From positions 1 through 51,324 of IMG/VR virus record IMGVR_UViG_3300027863_000005: a DNA stretch of 51,324 bases, one strand, 5' to 3'. This DNA comes from a virus. Below the pieces are notes generated by a model. The model was not told the DNA's origin. It made no database searches and saw nothing but the letters and a program-made list of their open reading frames with translations. Position 1 is the stretch's first letter, and each line of letters starts with the position of its first letter. The translations under genes were made by a program, and so were the position numbers. Of the stretch, positions 42,367-50,306 are shown piece after piece.

Positions 42367-43694
42367 TCTTCCGGCGTGATGTCCTTTCCTTCCATTACCT
42401 GAAGGTACTCCATCCGTAAATCACCCACATCGGCAGCAATCTGCCGGGCAATGTTCACCGTCAACTCGCCAGACGAAATCCGCCGTGCACGTTCTTGAGC
42501 CCGCATCAACGCTGCCTCTGCCTGCAGTCTGGCCTCGGTAAGGTCAGTCGGAACGAATTCAATTTGGGCCGGGAGGACCCGGTTCAGGTTGTGCTCAAAC
42601 TGACGCAGAATGATACCGTAGAGCCTCATGGCCGCGAGACGGGCCATGACCTCTGCTTCAGTGGCAGCGCCGAGGCGGGAACCTGGAAGTGGCGCAATAG
42701 AGCCGTAATCTACGCCCAACCCATTAGCAAGGACGGTAACGTACCACTCCATTACGTCCTTGAGGGAAAATCCTTCGGGCAAATCTTTCAGACGCACCAC
42801 TTCGGCAGTAGGGGTAGCGCTGGGGTCCAGCGGGTTCAGGAATACTGGAGGCACATAGACATGGCCGCCTGCGCTGACGGCCTTTTCTGTGGCCTGTTTC
42901 ATCGCGTCCTCCACTGCCCTGGCCGGTGCATTCGTCATAACGATTGTGTCGGCCATTGTGCCCTGAACCCGTTCCTGATGCCACGACAGGAGCGACGCCA
43001 TGAAGGACACGGCCTGCGCCAGCCTTGATGCTGCGCAGAATCCCCAACTGGTGCCAGGCTGGGGGTTGTCTACAATCTGGAAGCACTCCCGGTTGGAAAG
43101 GGTGATGGCAAGGCCGTCCTCTCGCAAGTACTGGAGGGGGTAGTCAGAGTCTTCGGTGGGGACACATCGGGTGGGGTCAAGAGAAAGAAAGACAGGCGGA
43201 GAGTCCGGGTCGTAGACGACGTCCGCCGGGTCAACGACAGTGCCGCTGGACTTTATCACCCACACACGGCCTTCGGGAGTATGGATAGCCGTTACCTCGT
43301 GGCGTGTCTTTCTTTCAATAGTACGACGAGCAATCTCTACCCAACCCCCGCTGTCAGTGGTCAGTGCCCCGAACGTAACTGCATGGATGAGAGGCCTCAG
43401 TCCACGTCCGAACTCCGCTGCCGCCAGGATTTCTCTCGTTCGCCCGACATTCTCACTGCTCCCAACAATGCTGTAGCGGGCGTTGGAAATCCGTGTTAGC
43501 GCGGAGTACAAAGCACCACAGAAAAGCGGCTCGCTGGTTGCCAGCCTCACCAGGGCCTTATTGCGCTCCGGGCCTCGCTGTTTAGGTATCGCCCCAACCA
43601 ACGAGAACACCGTAGCCATAAAAAACTCGGCCAGAGCATTGGATGAGTACAGTTCGTTCTTCCTCGGCCGCCTGGCCTTCGCCGCAATGCCCAT
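42363..43694 (-). CDS. Portal protein
   Basis: About 443 aa, first gene after terL. ATG 43694 after TGGGGAGTTGGTA (track start 43700 is TTG). Size and position are typical. Confidence 0.7.
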   Translation of the reverse strand: MGIAAKARRPRKNELYSSNALAEFFMATVFSLVGAIPKQRGPERNKALVRLATSEPLFCGALYSALTRISNARYSIVGSSENVGRTREILAAAEFGRGLRPLIHAVTFGALTTDSGGWVEIARRTIERKTRHEVTAIHTPEGRVWVIKSSGTVVDPADVVYDPDSPPVFLSLDPTRCVPTEDSDYPLQYLREDGLAITLSNRECFQIVDNPQPGTSWGFCAASRLAQAVSFMASLLSWHQERVQGTMADTIVMTNAPARAVEDAMKQATEKAVSAGGHVYVPPVFLNPLDPSATPTAEVVRLKDLPEGFSLKDVMEWYVTVLANGLGVDYGSIAPLPGSRLGAATEAEVMARLAAMRLYGIILRQFEHNLNRVLPAQIEFVPTDLTEARLQAEAALMRAQERARRISSGELTVNIARQIAADVGDLRMEYLQVMEGKDITPEE

Positions 43695-43754
43695 TACCAA
43701 CTCCCCATAACAGTTAGATTTTTGACAGTTGTGACCTATTACATATTTAGGTAG

Positions 43755-43843
43755 GACGCAAGGTGTAACTGCAGCGTGGAAGCAACGTAACAGTAGTGTA
43801 ATGACAACATAACGGCAGTGTAACGGCAGGTATCCCTTGCGTC
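43755..43843. repeat. 9-bp inverted repeat (gacgcaagg / ccttgcgtc) enclosing five phased RYRTAAY (GTGTAAC-like) repeats
   Basis: GTGTAAC 43763, ACGTAAC 43785, GTGTAAT 43796, ACATAAC 43807, GTGTAAC 43818 (spacings 22, 11, 11, 11). Arms at 43755-43763 and 43835-43843. Confidence 0.8.
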
Positions 43844-43872
43844 ATTATACATCAGGGTTCAGCGAAAGTCAA
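43844..43872 (-). promoter_or_regulatory. Near-consensus sigma70-type promoter between terL and portal
   Basis: On the minus strand: TTGACT (43872-43867), 17-bp spacer, TATAAT (43849-43844). Confidence 0.7.
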
Positions 43873-43890
43873 CTGTGGGAAACGGGGCCG

Positions 43891-45324
43891 CTACAGCATG
43901 TACTGGCTGGCGCGGTAGGCAGCCATCGCCATTGCGACAATGACATCGTTATGCCCTCCCTGGCTGATGACGGTGAACCGATTTGCCTTGGGGTCCCAGC
44001 CTGTGTTCTGGTATTGTGGTTCTATTATGTGACGCAGGCTCTCCGGTATCAGAATGGCCCTCAGACGGAAAAGTGAATACAGGAACGAGTCGGCCAGCGC
44101 GCGGGACTGCTGCGCAAACGGGCGGACGTACGCCTTGTAGTCTCTTGCAAGGTTCTGGGCCATGTAGTGCAGTTGGTAGGGGTCATACGAGATTTCAATG
44201 ACCGGGTAGCGGTCTGACATGTCTCGTAGAAGGTTTTCCGCCGCCGAGAAATCCACAGCGCCCGCGCGTGGGTCCATTACATGGGCAAAGCGAACCACGT
44301 ACTTTCCCTCACCGACCGGGGAAACCCCGACAATGGCAAAGGTTGCCCTCGCGAACCCCGCGTCTACCCCAATCACCACTTCCTTTTCCCTGGGGCCAAT
44401 CAGTCGCTCTGCTTCATCGTCCGGGATGAAACATGCATTCATCCAGGCCACTGGAAGGGCCATCGCCGACGGGGAAACCCAGGTATTCAGGTGAACCCTT
44501 GCGAACTCATGCTCCGGCAGATGGCGTCGTTGCGACTCGTAGTACTCCGGCTTTTGCCATCCAAACCGGGTTAGGGCCTCCTCGCCCCAGTCGTAGTAGT
44601 AAAGCAGTTTCCCCGGCGGTGAAACCATGACCCTTCCGGCAAGTTCCGGTGACCGTGTTTCCACCACCAGCCCTGATGACCGGGCTTCATTGTAGAGCGA
44701 CTCCAGTACAGAACCCTGGCCAAGATAGCCTGCGTACGATTCCACCCATCGGATAGCGTGAGGTACAGTCGGGGGTGGAGTCAGTTCAACCCAGAGGGAC
44801 TTTTTATTGGGGGTGGTGTACGCCCATACCTCCGTGAAGACGGTCAGGGCAGGGTTGGCGCCGGCTGCGCCGGGAGCATTCACGGGGAGCGGGTAAATCC
44901 TGGAGTTGTTCGGGAAAACGATTTCCGACTGGGTGATTCTGGCCTGGACAATCGGGTTCAGTTCCAGCGACCTGGCGACTGCCTGGAAAACCCGGTCAGT
45001 GGCCTGCCGGCCATCATTAGCCAGCAGAACAATCTCCGAACCTGGGAACAGGTACGCGTACCAGAGAGTGACCGCAGCGGCAACCAGCGTCTTTCCTGTC
45101 TTTTTTGGAGAAGACCAGACAATGGTCTGGAAATTGAAAACGGGGCCCGTCCTTGAGAGCGCAATTCTCAGGAGTTCACGCTGAAACTCCTTGAAGCGGA
45201 TGGGGCCGGGCGGAAGGACTTCTCCGGTTTCCGGCGAAAGAGGTGACGGGACCCAGAAGCAGTACTCCATCCACGAGACAGGGTCCGTGATAGCAAGCGC
45301 AGTCAGGTCAGTCTTCTGCTTCAT
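43891..45324 (-). CDS. terL: Terminase large subunit
   Basis: 477 aa. Walker-A-like SSPKKTGKT; LLANDGRQA; nuclease-half VIGVDAGFARATFAIVGV. Upstream of the portal. Confidence 0.85.
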   Translation of the reverse strand: MKQKTDLTALAITDPVSWMEYCFWVPSPLSPETGEVLPPGPIRFKEFQRELLRIALSRTGPVFNFQTIVWSSPKKTGKTLVAAAVTLWYAYLFPGSEIVLLANDGRQATDRVFQAVARSLELNPIVQARITQSEIVFPNNSRIYPLPVNAPGAAGANPALTVFTEVWAYTTPNKKSLWVELTPPPTVPHAIRWVESYAGYLGQGSVLESLYNEARSSGLVVETRSPELAGRVMVSPPGKLLYYYDWGEEALTRFGWQKPEYYESQRRHLPEHEFARVHLNTWVSPSAMALPVAWMNACFIPDDEAERLIGPREKEVVIGVDAGFARATFAIVGVSPVGEGKYVVRFAHVMDPRAGAVDFSAAENLLRDMSDRYPVIEISYDPYQLHYMAQNLARDYKAYVRPFAQQSRALADSFLYSLFRLRAILIPESLRHIIEPQYQNTGWDPKANRFTVISQGGHNDVIVAMAMAAYRASQYML

Positions 45325-45880
45325 CGGACGTGGCGGTTCCTGTCAATACGGGCTGTTCAACGTTTCGGATGGAGACAATCGCTGGTAACTGGGTTGGCAC
45401 CGTACTGATGACCTGAAGAATCTGAGCCAGTGGTGCGCCATGAGAGCCCTGCTCGCCAGTAAGGGATGCTGTTGCTTTGAAGAAAGCGGACATGGATTCC
45501 AACAGCCGGGCGGCCACATGGCCATCCACCTCAATGTGGTCGGCGTTTTCCAGCACACGTCTGGCCAGGGCAGAGACAGCCCTTGCTGCAGTTGCTACTG
45601 CATTTGCAATCTCCATTGCGGATGCGGCCCTGGCCGCATCCAGAACAGCCCGGTCATAGCGTCGCGCTCTCTCAACCCAGTTGTGGGCGACGCTCTTTCT
45701 GACAATTTCCTGGACAGGAAGGTTGAGGACACTGGCTGCCTCAGAAATGCTTCTTCGCCCTGGATGGAGTGCGAGGAAGGCCAGGAAGGCGTTGTAGTCC
45801 TCCTCGGTCTCTCCGGGCTCTCTGGCTGGCAAGTCTGGGAGTAACTCTGGGTCAGGTAGCAGTCCGGAATCTGGGAGCAT
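45308..45880 (-). CDS. terS: Terminase small subunit (putative)
   Basis: 190 aa immediately upstream of and overlapping terL. RBS GAGGTCAGCAC. HTH-like RSISEAASVLNLPVQEIVRKSVAHNWVERA. Confidence 0.6.
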   Translation of the reverse strand: MLPDSGLLPDPELLPDLPAREPGETEEDYNAFLAFLALHPGRRSISEAASVLNLPVQEIVRKSVAHNWVERARRYDRAVLDAARAASAMEIANAVATAARAVSALARRVLENADHIEVDGHVAARLLESMSAFFKATASLTGEQGSHGAPLAQILQVISTVPTQLPAIVSIRNVEQPVLTGTATSDEAED

Positions 45881-46257
45881 GTGCTGACCTCAATGCGAAT
45901 TCCCCGTCCAACCGTATTCCAACGGGCGGCAGTCTGGTAGTCCACTTCTGCAAGAATGTTATTTCTCTTCATCCAGGCCGCCGCGTCGGGTTGGGCGCAG
46001 TCAGTCACGATAGCAAGTTCCCAATCTGACTTACCCTGTGGTCTTACCCACCATAGTTCTCCTATGTCACTGCAATCCCGTGCGGCAACAAACACCGAGG
46101 CCTGCGCGAGTTGTTCCGGGGCAATGTGGTGCCAGCGAAGGCGATTGGCAATGACTTTTTCCATAACACCGGGCGCGTATTGTGACGCCCAGCCCGTTAT
46201 GGGGCCACCGCCAATGCAGGCGCTAATGACAACAGTAGCGACAAGCGCGGGCATCAT
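45595..46257 (-). CDS. Secreted/SAR-type RlpA-like (DPBB-like) cell-wall-binding or lytic protein; 3' 285 nt overlap terS out of frame
   Basis: ATGA coupling at 46257. N-terminal MMPALVATVVISACIGGG. GWASQYAPG...VFVAARDC...ELAIVTDCA...ILAEVDYQTAARW...GRGIRIEV resembles the double-psi beta-barrel pattern. The tail after that looks non-protein-like. Confidence 0.45.
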   Translation of the reverse strand: MMPALVATVVISACIGGGPITGWASQYAPGVMEKVIANRLRWHHIAPEQLAQASVFVAARDCSDIGELWWVRPQGKSDWELAIVTDCAQPDAAAWMKRNNILAEVDYQTAARWNTVGRGIRIEVSTCSQIPDCYLTQSYSQTCQPESPERPRRTTTPSWPSSHSIQGEEAFLRQPVSSTFLSRKLSERASPTTGLRERDAMTGLFWMRPGPHPQWRLQMQ

Positions 46258-47969
46258 CCGACCGGGTTCACCGCCAGGTCTTCCCATTCAGCATTGCCAA
46301 TCAGGAAGGTCGGCCATGCGCCAAAGTCATTTGTGGTGAACAGGGAGATACCCAAGACACGAGTGCCGTTTGTGCTTTCCCAATCCCTAACCTGGCTGAC
46401 AAATGTAGCCAGGTCACGTTTGAACTCTTCCCATGACCGGTAACAAACTCTCCACCCGCCATTCGGGTCAAATCCAGAGGGCAGAAGCCTTACGGCGCCT
46501 GCCTCACCGAGAAAGTAGATTGGCTTGAGGCCGTGCTTTCGCAGGATAGGGTCTACAACCTGGAAGGGACGCATGGCGGTCTCTCGCCACATGCTTTGAG
46601 CAATGACTCCGTCAGAGACCGGCCAGTAGGTATGGAACCCCAGCGCGTGGCCTCTCTCATAGAGTTTTGCCGCCGGTAGAATCATGCGAACCTGCTGCTC
46701 TGTGGGGGCCCCGACGGGAAAGTTTAGCATGACGGCTCGGGCGCCAAATCTTTCCAGACGGACAGCAATTTCGCAATCCATGTTGACGACTGCCATGAAC
46801 TCGTCATCGGGTGTCGGTGCGCCAATGCACTCATTCAGAGTCTCCACATAGCACCCCGCCAGGTCGGACAGGGTCAGGCCGACCTGCATCAGGCGTTGGC
46901 GGAGCCCCTCCATGAACATATCGGCCGCCCCGGCAGGCGACTCAACGGCTTTTTGCACAATCTGCCGCTGGTCGTAGTCATTAAAGTAGGGGCGATAAAC
47001 CACCGGCGCGAGGGTGCGCAGGTGGCCAATTGCTTCCGGGCACAAAGTTTTAACCGAGCGGGCACGCACGAGGTAACTGGCCAATGATTGTGAGATTGTT
47101 GCAGATTGAAGGTGAGCAGTCACTAACCGCCCTTCACGGATTTTGGGCCAGGCCGATGGAGAGGCAGGCATGTCGGGCTGGCCTGCTACCACAGAAAACT
47201 GTCGCCTGCCACCAATGACCCTGAAGGCACGAATACCACCAAAGGTTGCGGTCGTCAGTGTGCGAACCGTTCCGTCACTGGGGTCCAGAACAGTAATCCC
47301 GCGTACAGTTGGCTCAATGGCCAGGTAGTAGTGGGAATACGCCTGATTGGGCAATATCACCTCATAGCCCCCTGACATGAGGGAGCGAATGTATGAAAGT
47401 GAGGGCCTGACGTTGCTGTACACCACGTCACGGTCTACCGGGGCCGCTTCCCAGAGCAAAGTCCAGTTGGCCAGGTACGAACCGGTGAACACCCGCTGGG
47501 ACTCTAACAAGAGGCGGTTGACCACTGTAGGGGTTACGTCATAGCCATACATTCGGAAGGCGGCAGTCAGGCAGACCAGGATGCACCCGGCTTTCCCAAT
47601 CGTTTCGTCTCCCTCTCCGAGGATTTCGTTTGCCCACGCCGGGTTTTTCTGTGACAGATTGATGTCCAATCTCCGGTCTGTCAGGGTAAGAGCGAAGGCG
47701 GTGCGAAAGGGAGTTACATCCCGTTGAATCGGGATGAAGTTCACATCTCCCGGATACCGGCTGGATGCAAACTCGCGCAGTGCATCCACCCCTCCCCAGG
47801 CCTCCGGGCTGATGACATAGACCGTCCTTGCTCCACCTGACGGAAGCAGCGCATCGTCTGCGCTGGCCGTCAATGTCCACTTGCGGAGAGATGAGACAAT
47901 CGCAAGGGATGCCCACATAGACGCGGGGGCGTCCTGCGGAAGAAGGACACAGACCCTATCATACGTCAT
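46254..47969 (-). CDS. Multidomain cell-wall hydrolase (C39-like cysteine peptidase motif + clan GH-A-like TIM-barrel motifs)
   Basis: RBS CAGGAGGCAAAC. LSQKNPAWANEILGEGDETIGKAGCILVCL fits a Q...W...GC papain/C39-like pattern. YVETLNE and YFLGEAG resemble the GH-A acid/base and nucleophile strands. Confidence 0.5.
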   Translation of the reverse strand: MTYDRVCVLLPQDAPASMWASLAIVSSLRKWTLTASADDALLPSGGARTVYVISPEAWGGVDALREFASSRYPGDVNFIPIQRDVTPFRTAFALTLTDRRLDINLSQKNPAWANEILGEGDETIGKAGCILVCLTAAFRMYGYDVTPTVVNRLLLESQRVFTGSYLANWTLLWEAAPVDRDVVYSNVRPSLSYIRSLMSGGYEVILPNQAYSHYYLAIEPTVRGITVLDPSDGTVRTLTTATFGGIRAFRVIGGRRQFSVVAGQPDMPASPSAWPKIREGRLVTAHLQSATISQSLASYLVRARSVKTLCPEAIGHLRTLAPVVYRPYFNDYDQRQIVQKAVESPAGAADMFMEGLRQRLMQVGLTLSDLAGCYVETLNECIGAPTPDDEFMAVVNMDCEIAVRLERFGARAVMLNFPVGAPTEQQVRMILPAAKLYERGHALGFHTYWPVSDGVIAQSMWRETAMRPFQVVDPILRKHGLKPIYFLGEAGAVRLLPSGFDPNGGWRVCYRSWEEFKRDLATFVSQVRDWESTNGTRVLGISLFTTNDFGAWPTFLIGNAEWEDLAVNPVG

Positions 47970-48061
47970 GTTTGCCTCCTGATGCTATTGGTCAACGGTG
48001 ACTGGTGATTTCCAGCAACTTACTGACTGGCGGAAAGGCTTATACTGGGTCGGCACCGTTT

Positions 48062-48511
48062 TTACTGACGAGTTTTGGCAGTGGATTCTGGGAGAGTCCA
48101 GGTGGGAATACCGAACCAGTCTTTCTGCAAGACCAGGTATTCCCATGCTCCACTGGGTTCACGTACCACATACTCCACGTTGTTGAAAGTGAATATTAAC
48201 TCGTCGCCCCGCCGGGTCTGCTCGTGTCGTACTGAGAATGGTATATCGTTTTCCCGGAGATACTTTATCAGAGCATAAGATACTTCTGTGATAGTGCTGT
48301 GGCTGGACTTCAGGATTGCGTGAATAGATGTCCTGCCTTCGGGTGACGGTTGCCCACGCTTTGCCAGGATGAAGGTTTTCATATCGCTCTCCCCATGTCC
48401 TCTTTGCTCTATCATGTATCTGAACTTTGGATGAGCACACGGGAGGCGGTTTATCCAGTAACCGCACCCGGCAGGCTTTCTGGCAACCGGGCAATCATCC
48501 GGGCACCTCAT
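48062..48511 (-). CDS. Hypothetical protein (possible N-terminal Cys4 segment)
   Basis: ATG 48511 after GGGAGCAGTTCAG gives MRCPDDCPVARKPAGCGYWINRLPC.... Alternative start ATG 48382 after GGGGAGAGCGAT. Confidence 0.45.
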   Translation of the reverse strand: MRCPDDCPVARKPAGCGYWINRLPCAHPKFRYMIEQRGHGESDMKTFILAKRGQPSPEGRTSIHAILKSSHSTITEVSYALIKYLRENDIPFSVRHEQTRRGDELIFTFNNVEYVVREPSGAWEYLVLQKDWFGIPTWTLPESTAKTRQ

Positions 48512-48725
48512 CTGAACTGCTCCCGGCAATGGATGACAGTTCTGGATTCTGCCTCCGTGCCCAATCCAGCACAGCCCTTAAGGTCCTGGACAGCGATGGC
48601 CGGGAAAGCGGGTTACGCGGTGGGTACAAAGCCGCTCCGATGCTCAGCAACCACTGTGCCTGCTCTGCCGTGAGGACGACTGTCGTAATGACAGCCCCAT
48701 TTGCAACGGTTGTTTTATCTGCCAT
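48495..48725 (-). CDS. Small regulator-like protein (possible ribbon-helix-helix)
   Basis: First gene behind the consensus promoter at 48825-48853. ATG 48725 after GGGGGTAAAA. SLSRTLRAVLDWARRQ is helix-like. Confidence 0.4.
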   Translation of the reverse strand: MADKTTVANGAVITTVVLTAEQAQWLLSIGAALYPPRNPLSRPSLSRTLRAVLDWARRQNPELSSIAGSSSDEVPG

Positions 48726-48824
48726 TTTTACCCCCATTCATGTAGTACCAGAAAATTTAGATTTGATGTGACCGTAGTAGTGCACTGCGTTATAGCCTTC
48801 TATTCACCACCGCCGGTCATAAAT

Positions 48825-48853
48825 ATTATATCACACCTCGCAAATTTTGTCAA
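48825..48853 (-). promoter_or_regulatory. Perfect consensus sigma70-type promoter heading the minus-strand block
   Basis: On the minus strand: TTGACA (48853-48848), 17-bp spacer, TGaTATAAT (-10 at 48830-48825). Two TTTAAGTTTT direct repeats (48890-48899, 48911-48920), 21 bp apart, lie just upstream. Confidence 0.8.
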
Positions 48854-49098
48854 GTTGAAAAGGCGTTCGGATTATCGTTTTAAGGTAATTTTAAGTTTTG
48901 TGGGACAAAATTTAAGTTTTTTGCTGACTTCCGAGGCCTGATTGGAGACCGGGGCGGAGCAAAAAGCCCAGACAGCCTGCATGCCCGCCAGCAAAAACCG
49001 GGAACGGGCAGCGGTGGCAAAAAAGCAGCGAGAGAAGCAGCAGGAGCACTGATAGGCGCAGGCTTGCAAAAGCCAGGCCAGAAGCGGCAATCCCCCGG

Positions 49099-49359
49099 CT
49101 ACAAGTCTGCCTCTGCTCGCAGAAAGTCAAGCGGTTCCGCAGAAAATACTGCTACAGGGCAGTCGTAAATTGCCGCCAACAACTGCAACTGCTCACGGGT
49201 CGGGTACCCAGAATCATCCCAGTGTTCATTTTCCCACTTTTCCAACATCCACGACGGTAACTGGTACCCGAACATGTAGTTTGCAACCCTCTCTACATCT
49301 AACAGCGTGTACCCGGCTTTTTCTCTTGCCAACCTCAGATTTTCACCTATCACTCTCAT
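49099..49359 (-). CDS. XRE-family HTH transcriptional regulator (repressor-like)
   Basis: MRVIGENLRLAREKAGYTLLDVERVANY is a classic HTH_XRE N-terminus. ATG 49359 after AAGGGGGTGCGAG (track start 49431 is TTG). Confidence 0.75.
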   Translation of the reverse strand: MRVIGENLRLAREKAGYTLLDVERVANYMFGYQLPSWMLEKWENEHWDDSGYPTREQLQLLAAIYDCPVAVFSAEPLDFLRAEADL

Positions 49360-49479
49360 CTCGCACCCCCTTGCCGGAAGTGAAACAGAGGGCCCGGCCT
49401 TTTTGAGGTAATCCGGGAGAGGGGGACCCAACCGAAAGGAGGCGACTCTTAAGCCGGAGGCGGCCGGGCCCTCACAGGT

Positions 49480-49508
49480 ATGATAGCATAGTTCTTGAGT
49501 AATGTCAA
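49480..49508 (-). promoter_or_regulatory. Sigma70-type promoter for the XRE regulator
   Basis: On the minus strand: TTGACA (49508-49503), 17-bp spacer, TGcTATCAT (-10 at 49485-49480). Confidence 0.7.
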
Positions 49509-49837
49509 GCGCTCCACGCCAATCTGCACTTTCGTTGGCCTGCGCCCTGACTGCCAGTGAACCCGAAAAAGACCAGGCAGTGCGCTAACTTTCCCTATAA
49601 ACTCGTTCCAGTCCAGAATAGCACGACATCTGCCAGGCCACCATCGCTACCCACACGGGAAGACCGGCATACCAAAGCCCCCCACCCCCAGTGCCCCACA
49701 GTCCGCTATAGTACGTCTTCATTGCCCCAACAGAAACATTGTCGTAAGGCACGCTGGTTACCACAGGCAGAGATGATTATTAGAACACGGGAAAAGAGAA
49801 GCGATGCGTGAGAGGGTTAGACTATGCCTGCCAGCCT

Positions 49838-49980
49838 TTTTTATGATAAAAAAGACGTATCATTTTTATGATAAAAACGACCATAATTTTTATCGTCACA
49901 ATCGCCAATATCACCTTTATCGTCTTTATCGCAGTTATCGTATTTATTCACTTTATATCACTTATCGCCGTTTTATCACA
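49838..49980. repeat. AT-rich iteron-like array (candidate origin/operator region)
   Basis: TTTTTATGATAAAAA twice (49838, 49863). Eight (T/A)TATC(G/A) cores at 49891, 49909, 49918, 49927, 49936, 49956, 49963, 49974, three of them as CTTTATCG at 9-bp spacing. Followed by a very AT-rich stretch to about 50220. Confidence 0.7.
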
Positions 49981-50227
49981 TAACATTAGAATAATCAAAA
50001 ACGCCTGCGTGTGGTATTTTTTATTATGCCGAATCTTCTTTTTCCTGCTGTAGCGCAAATTTGCAACGCTAACTTTTTAGTTTTTTTTAAACTTTCACTC
50101 TTCTTTATCTTCTAATCCGAGAATCGTAATTTTGGTATCCCAAAATTATGAACTGCGAAATATGGTAGTAGTTTTTGCTATTAAGGGATTAACGTTTTGT
50201 AGATTAAGAAATAGTACCACGGTACTA

Positions 50228-50255
50228 TTGACAATTTTTTTGCGCGGCGTATCAT
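50228..50255 (+). promoter_or_regulatory. Sigma70-type early promoter
   Basis: TTGACA (50228-50233), 16-bp spacer, TATCAT (50250-50255). About 50 nt upstream of ATG 50307. Confidence 0.65.
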
Positions 50256-50306
50256 AATGGTAAACCCGAAAACATCGGGGAATCTATTTTACACAGGAGG
50301 TGCAAA

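Noticed and set aside
49585-49722. 45-aa minus-strand ORF MKTYYSGLWGTGGGGLWYAGLPVWVAMVAWQMSCYSGLERVYRES in the switch region (below the ORF-track cut-off).
   Set aside because: There are only 2 nt between GGGG and the ATG, and I found no convincing promoter. It is kept as a note because small hydrophobic peptides are easily missed; Ribo-seq could revive it.
49838-49980. Possible CRISPR-like array because of closely spaced short repeats.
   Set aside because: The repeats are only 6-15 bp at irregular 7-25-bp spacing, with no spacer-sized unique segments and no cas genes. They are better explained as iterons or operators.
49868-50053. 61-aa ORF MIKTTIIFIVTIANITFIVFIAVIVFIHFISLIAVL... that looks like a multi-TM peptide.
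   Set aside because: It is the translation of the TTATC/TTTAT iteron array and the AT-rich stretch. It has no SD, and the repetitive Ile/Phe/Val content is explained by the DNA repeats.
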